From: Tricharina praecox | Lineage: Eukaryota | Reading direction: 5' to 3' | Assembly: GCF_024521635.1 (NCBI RefSeq) | Contig: NW_026250435.1 | Coordinates: 248,001-312,000, forward strand | Length of the DNA stretch: 64,000 nucleotides | Shown here: in pieces, positions 10,842 to 25,000 of the stretch | Layout of the letters: every line of letters starts with the position of its first letter | How positions within the stretch are numbered: the stretch's first letter is position 1 | The notes under the pieces: generated by a model | What the model was told of the DNA's origin: nothing | The model's database searches: none | The model's input: the letters and a program-made list of their open reading frames with translations, nothing else | Translations under genes and position numbers: made by a program

Positions 10842-12127
10842 CTACTCGTAATCATAGCACAGCAGCCCCTTCTTATACCCCTTCGGCACGGTTCCCATCG
10901 GATCCATCACGCGGGCGACCGGGATCTTGAGGCGATCACCGGCGAGCGGGCCAAGATCGATGACATAATCCAGCGTGACGTTGCCCTCGGGGATGGTGGC
11001 CAGGAGGCCGTCGGAAATGGGCAGTCGCGGCCGGATCGGGTTGCCGACAGCAAAGAGCTTGGCGCTCGCGGACTGCTGCCACTTCGCCCAGATGCGGTCG
11101 ATGTTGCCGTGCAGCAGGTAGAATACTGGGTCGCCGGGGGAGACCCACGTGTCGAGCATCTAAGCCGGGGGGCGTTAGTTGTCGTGAGCGAAGAGGGAGG
11201 GAGGGGGGAAAGGGGAGGAGCTTACGTCTCCGGCCACGGCCATGTGCCCGGCATTGTGCATTCCCAGATCGAACGTAAAGTTCCCGTTCCCCTCCAGCAG
11301 CTCGGCAAAGATCTCGTAGGTGGGATGAGCGAGGGCGTTGTTCTCCTCCTGCGCGTTCCACCAGCGGCTCGCGGGCGCCTGGATGATGTTGCGCGTGATG
11401 CAGCGCTCCTGGTACGAGCTGTCGTTGTTGTAGCCGAGGTGGATGGTGAGGTCCTTGAACGGGCCGTCCTGGATGCACCCGCCGCCGTCGGCGGTGATGT
11501 TGATGAACGGGATCAACGCGGTCGGGTCGAATGCGCCGTTGCCGCCGAAGCCGAACTCCGTGTCGAATACGGGCGACGCAAAGATGTCGGCGTTGTCTGC
11601 CTTCTGGTCCCAGTACCTTTTGTACATATCATATCAGACTCCGCCGTTGGCATTCCGGGAGGGGGAACTCACGGAATAGTGCCCTCGTAGCCACACTCAA
11701 CGCGCAACACCCGCTCGTACTCGAAAAGGAACAGCCTGTGCCACGGCAGGAAGTGGCCGACTCCATGGATAGTCGGCATGACTCTCTGATGTGTCCAGAT
11801 GAAGTCCTCCCAGCGGTTAGTGACGCCGGCGGCGTACTCGTTCAGCTTCGGTGGCGTGTTGATCATGCACTTGACGGCGTTGATGTAGGCGGTCTTGTCG
11901 GATGTGGCGAGTGATCCCCTGTATTTGTGGTCAGTCGAGTGTTCCTCGAGACGGACCGGGACCGGGGAAAATTCGATTGGATTGGGTCGGATTGGATTCA
12001 CGTACCAGCTCTTGCGTACGGTGGGGTTCGTACATTTCTTTGACGCAACACAGGTCGACGATGGCCGTGCAGACGCAGTAGCCGCGAAGCCCAGGACGAG
12101 GGTGGTCAGGAAGCTGGGAAGATGCAT
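10842..12127 (-). CDS. Secreted tyrosinase-like type-3 di-copper protein, 4 exons
   Basis: Signal peptide. CuA His residues in WTH..IHG..FLPWHR, the ECGYEGTIPYWD motif, GGGCIQDGPF, and CuB HNAGH...SPGDPVFYLLHGNIDRIW. Confidence 0.9.
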
Positions 12128-13555
12128 GATGGACGGCGGTTGTATGGCGGGATGGAATGCGGTATCGAACCCGTTTTTGGGCGGTACCCATCCAACCTAT
12201 ATAGCCCATCATCAATCCGATCCAGTGGTTGGCGAAGCAGATACTAATATGCTATAGGTAGCCCACAGTATTTGCTTTAGGGGCGGAGAGATTTTCTCCC
12301 CGTAAGTCTCGTACATAGTGGGGCCGGGCCGAATGAGCTGGACAATGCATTGCAGGTATGTAGGTGGGGGCTTATCTACCGCGTGGGAGGACGGACTGCA
12401 TCCTCAAGAAGCTTGTTCAACTTTTGCTTCTGCTTCTTCCAGACTTCCGGTGCAGTTGACGCTGCGGTGGAACATTTGGCGTCCGGAACACTCAGTCTAG
12501 GCCATGCCGCCGCCGATATCTCCATTTTCCGGTTTCGATCCCATTAGCTAGCGGCGGCAACGGCGGTGGCGGCGGAAAGCCACGAACGACATCCCATCTC
12601 GTGGCTAGAAACATCAATCACAAGACAGTATGTACGTTCGTACTCGACACATGCGCGGCACGACACAATGGCAACCGCATATTGCACTTGCAACTGCAAT
12701 TGCAATCCGCTGAAATCACCAATCACCAATCAAACACACCGGACATGTAGCGGAAAGAGAAAAAAGGCCTATTACGGTACCGTATTAGGGCACTATGGAG
12801 GCGATTGAAGTTTCGGCGTCTTTTTCACATGGGAACTTATTGTGTGCCCTTGGCGTAGATACATACAGTAGGTGGCGTACATTGCATAGTAATAGTACCT
12901 TTTTAGACTTCCCCTTGCCAGCCAGTCGGGAAGGTCCTCCGGTCCGCGGCTGCTTCCCACGCTCAAGCACTGCCGCGTGCGTTAATCGCTCCGGCAGCTT
13001 TCTAGGTGGCGAGCGGGCCCACTCGGGAGAGGATAGAGGGGATTGGGTTCTTCTGGCAGTAGCATTCTTATGTATGTACATACTTACAATTCTGCAGTCG
13101 AGACTGGCTGGCTGGCTGGCCAAGAACGTCATAACTAATGGACATAGTTAGCGTGAGGATCTGTGGCGTCAGGCGTCTACAGTAGGAATGTCGATATATG
13201 TAGTAACTACAATAGTGCACATATCATACATCATATCATGCATATCATACAGATAAAGCCGGCATGGGTCATGATGCTTTTAGTCGCCACGCTTGCTCTT
13301 ACTCTTGCCATCTCTTTCATACTGCGTGGTGGTGACTGCTGTATGGATTGTGGTGGATACGTACCTAAAATTGGCCTGGGGCTTGACGGGTTAACAGCTA
13401 CCATGCCCCTCCCCGGGCCACAGGGTTGCTCCGAGGTTTTCAGTCCACATTCCGAATCTTCATATTCCATCCTACGGGGGGTTACTGTGATTGAATAGCT
13501 ATGTACTATTGAGTACTCCGGTGCTGATATTATGCGTCTTATTGCCTGTTCCGGT

Positions 13556-13630
13556 GTCACTGCCACTTTCCACTGTCACTACTACTTTCCACTGTCCCTA
13601 CTACTTTCCACCGTCACTGCTACTTTCCAC
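13556..13630. repeat. About 4 tandem copies of a 19-bp minisatellite (TTTCCACTGTCACTACTAC-like)
   Basis: Direct repeats visible. Confidence 0.75.
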
Positions 13631-16600
13631 ACCCCGTTTGCATACTACCCTCATTTCCTTCTTGCTGCTTAGCATTGTCCATGGCTTCTCACCAGAGTCA
13701 GCCTCTTTAGCTAAAGCCTTCAAGCCCCCAGCCTAGGTAGTCCGGCGACGGCTATCGTCGCATCCTCTATCTGAGGCCCGGCTTCCTCTTTGTCTACACG
13801 AGCTCGTTTCTTTTATAAGCAGTCTTCTTTCTCATCATCCTTATTACACCAATCAAGTCAAGTTCTTCTCTCAATTTCAACATCCGGCAGAATGACTGAA
13901 GCGAATCATGAGTCGTGAGTCGTGACCACGAACCAGAAGGCGAGGTTTTCCGTAGTGATTCCTAGTAATTAGGTACCATATATCTTTGTATCTCAGTACC
14001 TCAGTACTCCAGTGCCTCAGTACCTCAGTACCTACGTCGATATAGAGTTTATATGTGCAAGTAACTTGGTACCCAGTACTAGTAGTTCAACGATCCACCA
14101 TGTTGTCGCACGCACGCCTTGACTTAGACGATCGTCTCGTCTCGTCTGCCTAGCAGTGCCCCAGATCTCCAGTGGACCAGTGGAACATAATCCACGGTCC
14201 ACGGTTCCTCCACGTTCCTATCCGAGCCCGTCGACACGGTAAGCCCTAGTTGGTCACCTAACTAGGCAGCGAGCATCGGCGAGAATTGTGGCCGACGCTA
14301 ACTAAACACTGGAGCCTGGAGGCTCGTCCGGTGCAGCTCGTTTTTATTGCGTGTGAATATCTAGAGGCCACCTGAGCGAGTAACTAACTAGCCGCGAGCT
14401 CCAGTCTCCAGCGGTGAGACGATAATGGTTAACCGGAGTTCCGGTGGCAGCGGGGCGCCACTAGTTGGGGCCTGCTTGCCTTAGTTGAAAGTATGCATAA
14501 GAGCGCGGCTTGGGAGGAAACACCGCGGCGGGCCCTTGGAGAATCCGAACCGAAAGGTAGGCCGAACGCCGAGCATCAGCTCGGTTGTAGCTCTGCAGCT
14601 CTTCTGCAGCAGCTGCTTTCACTGGCTACTAACTAGGGCTTGCAAAGTGCGCTATACGGTAAGTTCTAACTACCAGCTGGAATAAGAATAGCTGGATGTA
14701 TAGTAATTCAGTTGCCGGGGCCCGGCAGACTACGCGGGGTTTTCCAAGTTGCGAAAGAAAAGAAAGAAGAAAATATGATCCGGAGACCGAGAATACCGTA
14801 ACTACCGCGGCGCCACCGATTGCGATCCCTCACGATTGCACTCGGCACTCGGCGCACGGCCTGAATCGATGTGCAAGACTTAGACTTGGACTTGCACTTA
14901 GGTGATGTGCCTACTAGTAGTATCATGCGAATCAATACGATGATACGAAAACATGTCTTCCCTACAAGCTCGCGGGGGAAGATTAAAACTTAAGCCACAG
15001 CCACGGCCACGGCCATCTGCCCGGCCTGACCGGGCAGATGCTACAAATCACACCTGTATTCTGACTGGGCACCCCTTTCCCCCATGTGTCAACTCGGCGG
15101 TGTATGTAATTGCACCTCCTTCTCGAATCATTTCAGAAGGCCCCATCCTCCATCCCCATCCCCAGTGAGCAAGAAACGGGCACAGAAACGGTTCCCGAAC
15201 GACCACTGCCTCTGGCAGGTCATGGCAAATTCGCCTCACGCGCACATCATGTCGGCACATGTACATACCAGTACATATCAGGCCGCAGCATCGCAGTACA
15301 TATCAGGCCGCAGCATCGCAGGCATAACTATCCGCCGGCTCTCCCACTCTCCCACATGCCACATGCCAAAGAACATCCATGATGATCCCTCCACGCGATG
15401 TCGCCATGGGTATCTAATATCCGTTCGTTTTGGCAATCCTGCCAAATTCTAATAGAGCAGATGTCTACACACCCAGTCTGTCTGTCTGCAGTCGCTACGC
15501 ATATAAATAGAATAGACCGCTGGAATCTGGATGGACTGTGGTGGTGGTGGTGGACCACTGGTGGTGCATCTACAAAAGTACCCTTGCCGGGATTGGCATT
15601 TGTAAATGATGCGAGTGATGGTTGATACTTAGTAACTGGCGGAGTCGGGCGGTAATTAGGCGAATCGTTCGTGTACTGTAGTCGCTTTCGAGGTCACTTA
15701 CAAGGCGTTTCCCTCCATCTCCATCTACCCAGCTGAGGAAAACGTGTGTGCCCTCTGAAAATGCCAGAGAGACCGATCACCACCGGATCCCCACAAACTC
15801 CTCACTCGGTCTCCCCCCTTATCCCCCCTAGCCTGGCTCAGTCCGTTCTACTCACCGACCGACCAGCGGACGAGCATATGATATGATATGCTTATGTTTA
15901 TGCGTATGCATATAGTACTCTACAGTAGATTGACCCCCACCAACCATGTAGAGTACCCTGATAGGCAGGAAGGCAACTGGGGATCTGCCCGCCTAGGCGA
16001 ACCCACACTCCCACCCACCCACACTCCCACACACGCACACACGCACCATAACCGGTATGTACTCTACTCTACGAGCTGGCTGTCACCAGCGGTGAGACCC
16101 CGAAGCGAGATTGGATGCGGCGCGGTACGGGATTTCGGGAGGCGCGCCATAACGCTCCCGGCCATAACACTCCCGGCCATAACACTCCCGGCCCGAGCTG
16201 ATGCGAGCTGATGCGAGCTGATGCCACTGCGACTGCAGAGTGACAGGTGGGCGGCGCACTGGCACCGGTGAAGAAATAGGAGACTTTAGACTTTCCACGT
16301 TGTATCATACTGCCTTTGAAGGTGTCCCGCCCCCGGCCGTTGAGGTCGCGGCTAAACTGGGCTGTGATTGGTTTCCTGGGCTTCGCTCGTATATGCTCCA
16401 AGTTGCAGGGCAGGGGAGGGTAGAATCTACTATATACAGTGCTACAGTCAAGGTTGAATACCATGCTCTGTGTACAGGCTGGGAATACGGAGAAAACGAG
16501 TGATGTCCTGAAAGCACCAACAAAACTCCATTTGGTATTCTTCTTCACCCGCAACCACTGTAGAGCGCACCAAAGAACAAAGCTACGAAAAATATAGTCC

Positions 16601-16821
16601 GCTCCTCACTCCGACCCACGTCCCTTGCCTCTCAGTCAGGAGATGTCAAGAAGGAGAGTGCGGTGAAGAACAGCGGAAGTGACTCGGCACGTCGACCGGG
16701 CAGCAAAAGCATGTCACGTGACATAACCATACCGAGTGACACATAGTGCTCCATCCGTCACCCAAAACAAAAAACCACCACCACCCCCGGTGGGTGGCTT
16801 GGAAACCCCAAGAGCTGACAG

Positions 16822-16912
16822 GGCTTTCACCCAGGTTTGAACCGGGGGCATTCCCTCAACTCCCCTCGCCGGTTGCATTGCCTAGGTAGTAGACCACTAG
16901 ACCACGCGGGGG
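16822..16912 (-). pseudogene. tRNA-derived relic (pseudo-tRNA or SINE head)
   Basis: Minus strand has A-box TGGTCTAGTGG and B-box/T-arm CCCGG-TTCAAAC-CTGGG. The acceptor stem does not pair. Confidence 0.5.
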
Positions 16913-17604
16913 TTTTTTCCGTGCTGGAAACTTGGTAAGTGCCCCCGCGATTGAAAACAACAACGACGAAGACGACGACGACGAAGCGATGGATGATTAT
17001 TCCATCGCACGCTGCGGCGTCGCCTGTGAGACGCCACTGAGGCACGGGCTTCGATGCTTCCAGGAGATCATGTGGACAAGAATAAATACCTATGCTACCT
17101 ATGCCAGAGATACTCAGCAGCGAGTCACGTACGGCCTGGTGGCCAACTGGCCAACTGCTTCTCACTGAGACCGCCGGCTCTTCTCTAGGTATCCAGCGGA
17201 CTGACTTGTATACCATACCACCTACATCATCACTCCCCCCCCCCATTTACCCTTAGTTCCGCCACTCTTCGTCGAAAACAAATCACCTTCACCGTTCCCG
17301 TCCCCATCCCTGTGGAGCATCCCAATCACCTACCAGTTCTCACCGGTTCCCATTCCGCAGCGATCACCGAAATCCAATCCCGCGCTTCTAAGTTCTGGCG
17401 GCCTCCAATCTCAAACGTCGTGGCACGCCACACGCATCGTAGCCGTACGGAAGATACGAAAGCAAAGAGTGGTATTAATGGGGAACCCCCGGGCCCTTGT
17501 GGAATGTCCAATATCAGCCTTCAGGTGAACCTGAAACGCGTACATCGGAGATCACTCGGGTATGTTTAACCACCCGCCGTAGCGGAGAGCTGGTTTCCAT
17601 GTTC

Positions 17605-18110
17605 CTGGAAATACTGCCCCGGATGGAAGAGTCAACGGAAAACACTGCGGATACAGGTGCGGAAGCAGACGGGGAGGGGGAGGAGCAAAGACCGCTTCAA
17701 GATCCGAGACGTCTTCGCAGACGAGCGGTGTAGTCAGGTCATCCTGGACTTCCTTTCCTCCACTGAAGTGGGCAGATGGATGCCAGTGGCCGCCGAGGAA
17801 GATGCTGCAAGTGAGGTCTCTGAGTGGAAGCTCGGGGGGCGGGAAGAAAGGGAGGTGGAGTTGGGGTGAGAGGAGGAGGGTGCTGAAGTCGAGGGGCCGG
17901 GGTCACTCCCGCTGTCCCCCCCCCCCCCCCCCCCCCCCACACACACATACCTTCTTTCACGGCATCCCCTGGTGAAGAGGCAGGAGGCGAGGCGGGGTAG
18001 GGAGAGGGGGCGGATTTTGTATTTTCCTAGTATCATTTCCTTGGTGCGCTCTACCTTGATTGCTGGGGCAGGCCGGGGCGGAGGGCAGGGAAAGCCCCAC
18101 CAGGCCGCTC
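17605..18110 (+). mobile_element. 3' fragment of a LINE-like retrotransposon (ORF tail plus probable 3' UTR)
   Basis: KYCPGWKSQRKTLRIQVRKQTGRGRSKDRFKIRDVFADERCSQVILDFLSSTEVGRWMPVAAEEDAASEVSEWKL, homologous to 2211-2464, followed by a poly-C tract. Confidence 0.6.
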
Positions 18111-18856
18111 GATGAAAGTCTGGTTGGACAGTGGCGTAAAACTCGAGTGTGTACGACTATTTCGGATATATCTTGACAATTGTGCGGATTTCCAAGAGAC
18201 TGCTGCCGCGCTGGATAGTGATTGCGAGGCATTGGAAGAAATTGATATTCTCAACTTTTATGGCCAGCAACGACTTGTGTGTAAGTCGAAAGGCGTGGAG
18301 TTTGCCGAACATGAGGGGAGAATTGATTGACTTATAGTTTGAAATCACATTGAAGCGGCGGATTATAAAAAATAAAACAGTATTCATATATTCCCGAAAA
18401 GACAAATTCCCAAAATTACCTCCACAACTTCCAAAGAGCTTCACCACCGTACGAAGCCACCTATCCGAATCACCTACCCACTCTCCCCCTCTCCTTCAAA
18501 TCAAACAGAAAGAAAACAAGACAACATACCTTCTTTATTGCCGGACACGCCAGACCACTGCTAGATGAAACATAAAAGGCGAAGAAGGGGTGGAACTTAC
18601 ATTTCTCATAACTTGGGATCATCCCCGTTTACGGCAAGCAAGCACTTGATAGCAAGAGGCCTCCTCCAAAACGACAACGTTTTTCTAAAGTGGTGAATCG
18701 GGCGGATAGACGAGAAACACCTAACAGATCCGCCGGTAGAATTCGGCGCCTGTGACTGGGAACCAGACGGAAAGAACACCAATGTCCCATCAAAATCCGC
18801 TGGAACCGTAGATAGTCGATAAAACGTGACGCGACCTGGCAGCTTTTCCATAATAA

Positions 18857-19078
18857 TATCTAGAACAGATTAGCAGTGCATCGAAATGACCAACAAAGGT
18901 TTGTACTTACCCTTCCATGCATATATCGTACATCCCACGGGGAAGTTTCCATTCCCCCACCCTTTTCCTTTTCCATAAGAAAATCTAGGACAGATTAGCA
19001 GTGCATCGAAACGACCAACAAAGGTTTGTACTTACCCTTCCATGCATATATTCCATTCCCCCAACCTTTTCCTTTTCC
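18857..19078. repeat. Tandem duplication of about 100-125 bp (18857-18975 vs 18983-19078)
   Basis: TCTAG(A/G)ACAGATTAGCAGTGCATCGAAA(T/C)GACCAACAAAGGTTTGTACTTACCCTTCCATGCATATAT occurs twice. Confidence 0.9.
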
Positions 19079-19153
19079 GTTTCCTTTCCGTTTCCATTTC
19101 CATTTTCATTTCCCCACCCTTTTCCTTTTCCTTTCGCATTTCCTTTTCCTTTC

Positions 19154-19305
19154 CCATTTCCATTTCCATTTCCATTTCCATTTCCATTTCCATTTCCATT
19201 TCCATTTCCATTTCCATTTCCATTTCCATTTCCATTTCCATTTCCATTTCCATTTCCATTTCCATTTCCATTTCCATTTCCATTTCCATTTCCATTTCCA
19301 TTTCC
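19154..19305. repeat. (TTTCCA)n hexanucleotide microsatellite, about 25 copies, in a T/C-rich low-complexity tract
   Basis: Perfect repeat visible. Confidence 0.95.
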
Positions 19306-22092
19306 CCGCCCTTTTCCTTTTCCTTCCCCATTTCCATTTTCTTTTCCATTTTCTTTTCAATTTTTTTTTCGTTTTCATTTTCCTTTTTGTTTTCGTTTTC
19401 ATTTTCCTTTTTTTTTTCAGTTTTAATTTTCCTTTTTTTCTTTCTTTTCGGTTTCCTTTCCGGCTTTTGTTTTCTCCCTTTTCGGGTTCTTTTCCCTTTT
19501 TTTTGTTTTTAGTCGATTTATTTTTCTGTATTAAAATTATTTTTTTCTCGGCTCGATTGGATGAGCTATCCTGTAAACACAGCATCGATGCTTTGAGCAC
19601 GATCCTTAGGGTACCGCGCTGCTCCCAGAGAGTAAGGCAAAAATCTGTTGGACGTCAGCATTACTCATTTATATGGGAGGAGCTTTTCATACTTACATGG
19701 TGCTTACGATAATACCTCGGCAATAGTCGACGAAATTTATAAGAAGGTAGATCGGTGGAAGCAATAGGTACCACCTTAAATATCGTCCCGAGAGGACCAT
19801 GCTCCAGGTATATATGCAAATCGTTGTCTCGTGATACTTTTTTTTTCTTTCTGCCGCTGCCTGTTGCTGCTGTTGGTTGCTACTATCGTCGGTTGTTGTC
19901 ATGTAGCTAGCGTTGAGTTGAAGGACGAGAGGGCGTCCATCGAGGGGATGTGAGCGATGAGAGAATCTTAGGTCATGTCTCGAGACGATAGTAATGACGG
20001 CCATCGAAGGCCACACTATGGAGGGCGACTGTATGTACCACGACGGCTGAGAGAGAGCGAGTCGTGGCGGGAACCTGTCCGTTAAGTTGTCAGTGTTGAA
20101 CCAGGAGAAAAATGAAGTTAATCAAAGCGGCAACGGCATCATGGCAGTGGTCATTATTGGCATGTTAGTTAAGGGTATGCGAAGATGGTGAGCATAATCA
20201 TGCAAGAGAATGATTGGGCGGTTGGAGGAGGAGGAGCGGATTGCATGACATAAGGCCGAGCAGAAGTAAGAGATGAGGGGATGAAGATAGATGGATTAGT
20301 GATGATGAAGGTGAAGTGAGATGGATGAAGATGGATAAAGAGAAAGAGTGGACGAGAATGAAGCCCGGGAGGAGCAGAGGAAGAGGGAGCAATCAAAATA
20401 GAATTGGAGATGGAAGTAGAGGTGATAATAGAAAAGAGAAGAAGCAGGGGAGCATATTAAAGTGATGATTTCTATGACAAATGATGATATTTCTAGTGTC
20501 CTCGATGACAGGAGAGAGAAGGGAAGGAAAAAGGTGGGGGGGAACGAAGATTATATAGTGGATGAAGGGGGGAGAGAAGAAGCAGGAAGACAGGACATGG
20601 ACCACAACACAGAAACAAAGATGATAGCAACATGCAACGCACCTCTTCCCCGATCGTCCAATATGCACGAGCCTCGCCCCATCGGCACCCATCGGTTCTG
20701 CCCTGCCCAGCATATTCCTGGTCCCGCTCAACGTGCATACATGCCTCATCCATCCATTCCCTCTTCCCAAGGCTGCTTGTGTGTAGCAGCCAGCCCTCCG
20801 ATCTGTGCAAACACCAGCTTGTATGTACGCATCGGCCCAAAGGCCAGGTATGCCTTGGAACCACCCGCATGCATCTCCCTCACTGGGCGAGCACTTCCAG
20901 AACCACCTCCCCTCGACCCCCCAGCTGCGTGAGCCCCTCTCGATCGAGGACCATCAACCTGTTCAGCTCTGTTCAGGCTCTTCCTGTCCGCCGATGGGTC
21001 GAGCAAGAGATGTACGCAAGCCCTCCCTGTTGGTTGCATCTCATCCCTTCCCAGAGATCATCGATGGCAGCACTGATCTCTACGATCTGTGCAGATAGGG
21101 CTTGTTTTGATGCTGCGGATGGGTGCTGCCGATGCGCACAAGGGGAGAGATCTTAGATCTTCCTGTTTTATTTCGCATGCAGCCTATCTGTACTATGTCG
21201 AACCGTCGCACTCCTTTCCCGCCCACTCTAGCCGGCCGAAGGTTTGGACCCGATCACCAGCCAGCACGATGTGGCGCCGCTACCTACCTACCAAACAGAT
21301 AACACAAGAAATCGCACCTAGAAAATATCACCACATATCCTCATTTCCTACTCCCTCGCACCGGCCGCAGACACAGACACAGTACCCCCCTGCTGGGTAC
21401 TCTTGCTCTACCACCGGTGCGGTGCTTGCCTCCTCCTCATCGTCCTCCTCCTTCAGGTCTGGTGGAGCTTTCCTCCCCACCGCATAGGGGATGCGGGAGG
21501 GTTCACATAGTGTCACTCGAGGTGCTGGCATGTCATGTGACATCACACGTCTGGTGGTGTTTACTCGCCCTTGGGTTGTTACTGACGTTGGTAACTACAG
21601 GGCGTGATGACACTCCAACTTTGGTGTCCCCAGTTTGAATGGTCACCCTCACCAAGCTCGCTGATGTACCGTATTCAGTTTCCCGGATGAGATATGAAAG
21701 AATGTAAGACTCCCAATAATATTCTAACCGCACAGCACCAACCGCACCAACCGCGATAAACCACTACATACCACTACATCTGCACCATCTGCAGCAACAA
21801 CTATGACAACCTACATCCACCCGACCCCCACCACCACCACCACCATTTAGGAAAAGGGAAGAAAGAAAAATGTGAAATAAAGAAAAGGAGAAGAGTAACA
21901 TAACACAACACCCAAACTAAGTTAGAAATTGACACGAATCGCACAACTGAAAGAAGAAAAAAAAACAAATCCCACCCATCCATCCATCGTTTCCATTCCA
22001 CCAGAATGCCCTTTATTTTCACCTCACATGGTCCCCCCCACACAAGCTGTATGTCGGTCGGTGCCCTCCACCTCCACCACCCCACCGGTTAC

Positions 22093-25000
22093 TTAAGCCC
22101 CATTACTCAGTACCACGGTAGCGGCGGCAGCAGCCATCTGTGCCTCCTGCTCCAACTTCTTCTGCTCCGCCTCGTGGAACACGCTCGTGATAACCGATTT
22201 CTCGTCAGCTGTCAGCTCCTTGGTGAGGGCCTCGTATACTTGTGGCTGAACTTGTTGTATTCCTACATTTCCCACCGTTAGCATCTGATCTGTTCTCGAA
22301 CTGTCCCTTACGGGTTACATACCGAGCAGCGCTCCTCGGAACAGCTGATATGGTTCGATATGATCCAATGGGGTCTCGAGCAGCGTCTCCTCCTCCAACG
22401 CCTCATCGTCGTCCTCATCGTAAGTGAAGTCGATGGCGGCCCGGGCCTGCGCCTCGGTGTTCAAGAACTCCATGTACGCCGCGCTCTCGTCGGGAACATC
22501 CGCCTCGTCAAGCCCTTCTTTTCGTGTCAGCATTTCTCATCCTACAGGTGGTCACATGGATACGGGGTGTTACCTTCGCCATCCCAGCCGGCATCGCCAT
22601 CCCACTCGTTCTCGCTGTCACTCTCGTACGAGTCGTCAAAGTTCAAACTATCCTTCGAGATATCCTCGCGGTGCCTCATCGCCAATGGCAGAGTCTGGAA
22701 CAAGCTGACGATGCCCGACATGAGCTTTGGCCATCCAGGCTGGATGCTTGGGGGCACCTGGTCCGGGGGCAGCTGAATCAAAGCCACGATGGCAACAATC
22801 GAGAGCTTCTTGTCGTGTACACGGTTGAAGTTCTCGATGTTGGAGAACCATAGACTGAAGAACTTGTTGGTCCAGCCGTGCCTTTCCAGAACCTGGAGTG
22901 TCGCGGCAGGGTTATAGTAGATGCAGTTGATAACCATCTCCATAAGATGGACACGGTACGATTTGACCTCGCATTCCGCCAACAAACACTGCATGGAAAT
23001 CTCGATAAAGTGGTTCAAGTACTTGTCGGCATGTCCGCGCATGTTGAGAAGGACAGCTTCGGCAAGCTTGCAACCGCAGATGCGGTCCATAGCACCCAGA
23101 CGCTCGTTCGTAAAGATGGTCTGAATGATGTCGAAGATGGCCTCCATATACTCTGGTTGCTGCTTCAGCATCTCGTGACCGTACGAAACGTAGTTGTCCA
23201 GGGCAGGAAGCATCTCCTCGATAAAGATCTCCGATCGGTCCTTGAACGACCGGTGGATGAGCTTGAAAATCTGCCACATGGTCGGCGAGATAGCCTTGGC
23301 GGAGAATGTGCAGCTGTCGATAATCTCAAACACTTCGTTGTATAGATCCGCCAACTTGTGCTCAAGAGTGATGGTGATGACAGGAATCAAGATTTGTTCG
23401 AGGTGGAGCAGCACATTCGGAGTACTCTCTAGGGTAAGGATCAGAGTACCAATGGTCTGCAACACACCGAGGGCCGTGATGCTCTTGTCGTCGAGGTAAG
23501 TCTCCGTATCTTCGTCAGTGCTGCCCTGTCCCTTCTCGATAACATCGCCGATGATGCGCAAGTAGGTGTCCCGAAGCTGCTCCGTAAGCTGCACGGCGAA
23601 CGGCGTAAGCTCGGCTGCGAAGACTTCGACGAACTCCTCCATGACGGTCGCCAGAGCGTCGACATCGACCTCATTCGCAAGCTTGAGAAGCTGCTGCATG
23701 ATGTCGGCAATGTTCTGCTGCATCGACGTCCGGATGTAGTCGTGGCGAATCAAAGGCTGAAGAGCCAAAGCCGCCTCGACCCGAACGGGAAGTTCCGGAT
23801 CATTCAAGCACTGGAGAATGTTCTGGTAGATGAGAACCACATTATTCTCATCCTTGAAGTCGAGATCGGCGAACTTCTCAAGGACATCGCAAGCTCGGGC
23901 CCTCAGGTAGCCCTGGGTACTCCGGAACTCGGGGAACACATGACGCACAAAGAAATACTCAACCTGATCGGCGATCGGGCTCTTCTTGCCAAGGATGATG
24001 CTGGACAGAGTACCAATCATCCTCAAAGCACCCTCCTTCTCCCTGTGGTTCTTGTCCGCATCCGCAGCCGTCTCGTAGCGGTTGACCACGCCATTGATGA
24101 AATTGAGGACGGTGAATGTCTGCTTCTTCCGGCTCTTGGTCAAGGTCATCAGGAAATTTGTAGCGGCCACATCAGGTGCCGAAACCTCCTCATAGAAGTT
24201 AATCTTGCGGTGGAGGTATTCGGCGGGCTCCTCATGGAACATCTCGAGGTCCTCGTCGGTCTGACACAGCAGCGGGAAGAGAACGTGCGCAATCAGGTTC
24301 TCAACGTGGGGGCCAAGGTGCTTCCATGTGGCGGAGGGCTTAATGCATTCATCCAAGAAGGCGAGGATGTTGGACAGGCAGATTTTGCTCAACCACCTTT
24401 GCTTCGACACCCATAATTCGATCTGCTGAAGGTACGCCTTCAAGATTTCGGGCGCAAAGTTGTCGATGAAGTGCTTGGCAAACTCCTCGTAGGAGTCGTT
24501 GCTAGTGACTCCTTGGGGGTTTCCGTAACTGCAGTCAAAATTAGTTACTGTTGCAATCCACTGTCCGAAATTGCGCACCATACCGAACGAATATCCTGTT
24601 AAGATTCGCGAAGGCCCACTTCTTTGCCTTCCACCAGGGGTGAATTTCCCGCTCGTCCAAATCCTCGACCATAGACTCCGCCGGGGGCTCCTTCTGGACG
24701 ACCTTGATGAACAGGGTCGCCCAAGGAACGATTGACGACTGATCCTGTAGATGCGGTGCCAATTCAAACTGTAAGGTTGTCAGTCAGACGGGACCGCCAC
24801 GTGTGCGAGAATCTGGGTGCGCCGCTAACTTACATAAGTTGCATGTTTGTAGGTTTTAATGATCATCTTCAACATATCACCCGCATCCGTGCTGGTTTCG
24901 TCAACCAGTCTGTTGCCGATAGCCAAGATTATGGGAAAGGTCGCCTGCGCAACGCGCTCCATCTCGTCCTGCTTAGTGGTGTCCCGCTTGAAGCGGTAGA

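Noticed and set aside
10761..11690. 309-aa plus-strand ORF, and similar long antisense ORFs over ETR1, NMD5, CSM3, SRB4, noxR and uricase
   Set aside because: Shadow ORFs caused by GC3-rich codons of real genes on the opposite strand.
15269..16225. Short tandem duplications (25-bp x2, 15-bp x3, 10-bp x3)
   Set aside because: Ordinary slippage repeats with no spacers, so not CRISPR-like and with no evident function.
19001..19712. ORFs with (FP)n, (FH)n, (IS)n, (ME)n and (WK)n repeats
   Set aside because: Artefacts of the stop-free (TTTCCA)n microsatellite.
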